Assembly: GCF_963921235.1 (NCBI RefSeq) | Contig: NC_086108.1 | Location: 62,498,001-62,562,000 of the forward strand | DNA: 64,000 nt | Source: Mobula hypostoma | Taxonomy: Eukaryota | Direction of reading: 5' to 3' | Shown: in pieces, positions 59,916 through 64,000 of the stretch | Numbering within the stretch: position 1 is the first letter of the stretch | Layout: each line of letters starts with the position of its first letter | The notes under the pieces: model-generated | Databases searched by the model: none | Seen by the model: only the letters and a program-made list of their open reading frames with translations | Told to the model about the DNA's origin: nothing | Translations under genes and position numbers: made by a program

Positions 59916-61439
59916 CTCACAAACACAAGAAAATCTGGAAATCTAGAATTCCAAAGGAACAAGAGTCACATAAATATGCAGCATTTTGACACAACCAGTC
60001 GTTCAAGTCTGGGATGAACTGCCATGGAGTTTCAATTGTAGTGCTTGAAAGAGAGCTGGATAAGTATCTGGAAAGAAAGACATTGTGGGGTTATGAGGAC
60101 AGGACAGATCATGCAATGAGATGAATTGGTCTGATACAAAGCAGGTATGGATGATGCCCTCCTCCTGCAATGTAGTCATTCTCTGATTCTATGAATGTCA
60201 GCAGTTACCTTTACAAGTGTGTGAATATCTGAATCTGGAAAATCCTTTCAAATAGATAATTTATTGTTTGAATGAGAAATTCTCTGATACAATGGACTTT
60301 TGATGCCTTTTATGAGTAAAGTAGAAACAGAACATCGCAATGTTTATAATCTGAATGAGTCAAAATATTCATTTTGGTATCTGAATAAAACCTGGTTCGT
60401 GCACATTTTCTTCAAAACTTTAATCATGTCATGTCTTAGCAAACCCTGGTCATCATGCTTCATTTTAATGTAACTCTCCTGGCTTTGGTTTGTAAAACTT
60501 TGTTCTGGCATTCTTTCCCACACTCAAAATGTCACAAGAGTTAATGCACAGTTTCTTATTTGCTGCATTCATTAAGTGATAACCAGAAGCAAGGGACTAC
60601 CCCAAGCAGCAGTGGTAAACTGCACCCAGGGCTCTCCCACTGTCTAGGCAGTGGGTTGACAAACCAAGTGGTACAGTGAGGTAACTGATTACTGTATTCT
60701 AGAGCTCAGTTCAGATCACTTCTCAGAACCATACTTTTCAGCGCAGTGAAAAAACTTTTTTTTAAATTTTGGGGAGACTGCAAAGCAAAAGAAATGCATT
60801 TTATTTTATTACAATGATGCCAACTGAGACAGTCAGTAAAAACAGTGCTTGTATTACGTTTTCACAGAAATGCTGCAAATATAAAGCTTTTTTTAAAGAA
60901 CAGTTCAAGATTTTCTCCTATCACAGTTTTCATTTACAAAGATTAACTGGAAAATGCAAATTTCTATTATGATGTTTAAGTCAGGAAGTAATATATAGCA
61001 ACTTAAAAATTAACTTCTTTTAATTAAAAAAAAAATAGCAGCAGACGCAGGAAAGGTTTCAATTGCACTGAAGTGCCATTGAGCAAGTTGTAAGATGCTT
61101 AGTACGGGATGCTTAGCAGAGACAAGCTAGCAGATGCTGGTAGTTTGTTCAGCATGCAGTCACTCTGATGCAGCAGAACCATGCTTGGAACACTCTGGTA
61201 AAAATAAATGCCATGGAAAATGCTTCTAAGGAGCAATCAGAGATGGACTGTTCTGGACAAAGCCAGACAGTTGAAGCTGCAGAGAGGAAGAGCGCAGGTG
61301 CATGAGAATCAAATGCTAATGGCACAAATGGGAGTGCAGAGGATGTGTTCCCCAATCGAGAAATGGTTGCATTAAATGTGCAGGTTTCTCCCAAAGGAAC
61401 AAATGCATTTATCAGTGAATATGAATGATGACCAGCCTT

Positions 61440-62175
61440 TGTCAGGGTCCAGTCCGTTGACTCCTCATTTCAGTTAATTTCCTTTTCCCTGTATTCCACT
61501 GGGCTCCTTGATTAGGGCACCTGATCCTCATTCGAACCGGCAGCATAAAACTCCAGCTTACATCTACTCAGGGGTTCAGTTCACCACCTCAGCAGTGCGG
61601 CTATGCTCGTTTTGGGCCGCCAAGAATAAGTCGAGTTGAAAGCCTGTCATCCGCTGTTCCTGGGTCGAGTTGAGAGCCTGCCGTCCAGCTGAGTTTTGCC
61701 GGCCGTTTGTCACTTCACCTGCTACCCAGAGTCAAGATACGAATTGTCTGTCGTTGTTTGTTTTTGTCGTCTTTTGTCCGGCTGAGTGTTGTTGGACGTT
61801 TGCCGCTGCTCCGAGCTGTGATACGAATTGTCTGTCATTGTTTGGTGTTGTCGTCTCCATGTCCAAGTCCAAGTTCCAAGCTCCAGCTCTGTGTTCCAGT
61901 CAAGTCCAAGTCCAGGCTTCGTGTTCCAGTCACGTCCAAGTCCAGGCTTTGTGTTCCAGTCACGTCCAAGTCCAGGCTTCGTGTTCCAGTCACGTCCAAG
62001 TCCAGGCTTCGTGTTCCAGTCAAGTCCAAGTTCCGAGCTCCAGGTCTTTGTTCCAGTCACGTCCAAGTCCTGGCTCCGAGTCCAAGTCAACCTTTAAGTC
62101 CACGTAAGAATCCTAACCTGCTCACCGTGGCTGTGCCCTGCTCTTGGGTCCACTTCCAAACGCCTCATTGCAACA
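61440..62175 (+). mobile_element. Probable solo LTR of a different family, containing a minisatellite
   Basis: TGTCAGG...TGCAACA ends, GC-rich, TATA-like gcataaaa near 61545. Flanks gcctt/tcctg are only a partial TSD. Confidence 0.6.
61861..62090. repeat. 30-bp tandem minisatellite (~6-7 copies)
   Basis: Unit gtgttccagtcacgtccaagtccaggcttc at 61891, 61921, 61951, 61981 and 62011, plus degenerate flanking units. Confidence 0.97.
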
Positions 62176-63159
62176 TCCTGAGGAGTTGCAGGAACATCCT
62201 GAGGGACAGGTCCCTGTAAGCCCGAGAGAAAGCATGACACAGAATCAAAGAGATGTCTAGAGTGGACAGCCCATCATCATTGTCAGCATCCAAAGCAGAT
62301 GTGTGGGAAATGCTGAGCACATCAGCATTGAAGAAAAGATCTCAGAATGTTATGAAACCTGAAATATGCTGATGAGTGTTATTATATATTTCTGTGTACA
62401 TCAATGCTCAAATGTAATTATACATGTGTGTGAAATTAGCCATCTTAATGTACTTATTAATTATATTCTTCACTAATTATCCAATAATTTTTACCTCAGA
62501 AATTGATCATATCATAACTGACAGAAACTGACATTCTCAGACACACTACAGTTGTCCAAGCTTGATGTCATTACAAGTATTCTGGAAAGAGGACTGGGAT
62601 AATTTATTGCTCTGATAATACCACCTGAATTTAAATTGGTCCTGTAACAATGATTGTGTAATTGAATAAGAGAAATATTCTCAGAGATCTAATATAAGGA
62701 ACTGTCACCATTTATTCTTTGATAATATCCACTCTACATATAAAAGGTATCCATTATTAATGAGAAATACCAATGTAGTTTACAATGGTACTTGTAAGGG
62801 TATCCAATATATAAAAATCCTTATGAATTTTGTCATCTTTGCTCAATACTTGTTTTAAAAACTTAGTTTGACCATTCATTGCTTCATCAATGACCTTCCT
62901 TCCATTATATCATCAAAACTGGGGATGTTCACAGTTGAGTGTACAATATTGAGTTCTGCTTGTTACATCTAAACAAATGAGACAGAATACCTGGAGGCAT
63001 CAAGACCAAGGCAACATTCAGACATGAGCTGATAACTAGAAAGCTAACTTTTATCTCACAAATCTCCCTGGCAATGGACATCTCCATATCGATAGACAAA
63101 TCATCTAAATTTGAGTTCCACAGAATAAATTTCGTGGGGGTTAATCAGAAGCTTAAGTG

Positions 63160-63600
63160 GACCATCTATATAAATACCTTGGCTGCATGAGAAGACCAGA
63201 GACTGGGTATTCTGCAGCAAATGTCACACAGGCTGGAGTGTGATAGAAATCTTCTCATTTGTCTGGATGAACGTGATTTCCAACAACACTCAAGAAGCTT
63301 GAGACCATCCAGGACAATACAGCTCAAGTAGACTACTCTGAGATGTTCAGTGACCTCCACCACAAGAAAGGCAAGGACTACAGGCCCTCAAGTACATCAC
63401 CCCCAATAAGTTGCATCCTAAGGCATACGTCATCCTGACTTAGAAATACACTACCCTTTTTGCATCATCAGTAAATCATGGAAGTGCCAGCACAACAACA
63501 CTGTGAGAATACCTTTATCAGAGCACTGCAACTGTTCTACAAAGAATCTTCCTTCCACTTTCTCAAGGGCAATTGGGATGGAAAATAAATGTGCACCGAT
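63160..63600 (+). mobile_element. Ancient CR1/L2-group LINE 3' fragment
   Basis: PTTLKKLETIQD remnant and ttctcaagggcaattgggatgg..aataaatg tail. Related pieces at ~38000-38450 (minus) and ~56520-56675. Confidence 0.6.
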
Positions 63601-63639
63601 CTCAAAGCATTAAAAAAGCTAATTTGGCAGTCTTAGCTA

Positions 63640-63840
63640 CAAGAGAGACTGCAGATACTTGAAATCTTGACAAACGCACATAAAATGCTGAAGGAACTCA
63701 ACGGGCCAGGCAGCATCTATGGAGGGAAATAAACAATCAATATTTCAGGCTGGGTCCTGACGACGGGTCTCAGCCCAGAACATTCACTGTTTATTTCCCT
63801 CTATCAATGCTGGCTGACCAGTGGAGTTCCTTCAGAATTT
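63640..63840. mobile_element. Old Penelope-like palindrome
   Basis: aaatgctgaaggaactcaacgggccaggcagcatctat...gtcctgacgacgggtctcagccc...tgctggctgacc. Confidence 0.7.
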
Positions 63841-64000
63841 ACTTTGAACTTTGCACTTTGAATTTGTCAGGGTTATTGTCAAGAGCAGTAGGGGATGAAT
63901 ATTACACCTCTGTCTCTACTTACACACCACCATGGCCCTGCCGCACCCCCCCCCACCCCCACAATGTTCCAGTATCATTGAAAAGTCGCCTTTATCTGAT

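Noticed and set aside
61149..61430. Protein-like plus-strand frame (HAVTLMQQNH...)
   Set aside because: Contains an internal stop and matches no family I recognise.
61670..62219. Repetitive proteins or a CRISPR-like array
   Set aside because: Units are contiguous with no unique spacers, there are no cas genes, and the context is eukaryotic. It is a minisatellite.

Overview
Eukaryotic, repeat-dense DNA. The repeat types (CR1 and Rex1/Babar LINEs, V-SINEs, Tc1, palindromic Penelope-like ends) point to a cartilaginous fish, probably a ray; this is inference. I found no confident exon of an intact host gene, so the window is intergenic or lies inside a large intron. Nearly all listed ORFs are transposon fragments or antisense shadows of them. 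Three things stand out. (1) A decayed Gypsy LTR retrotransposon (10986-14579, minus) has its RT-RNaseH-integrase core replaced by an intronless ~560-bp piece of the host splicing-factor gene RBM25, in frame with the pol linker. This looks like LTR-mediated capture of a cellular mRNA. (2) Several inverted-repeat insertions with 9-14 bp target-site duplications carry minimal hammerhead-ribozyme motifs in their arms, as Penelope-like retroelements do. (3) A young CR1 LINE has a UUUAAAC slippery heptamer at its ORF1/ORF2 junction, with ORF2 in the -1 frame and no in-frame AUG before its endonuclease domain. Also present: nested Gypsy/hAT/Tc1/CR1 insertions, a Harbinger transposase fossil, a tRNA-derived SINE with TSD, and solo LTRs. 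Coordinates of old, degraded repeats are approximate.
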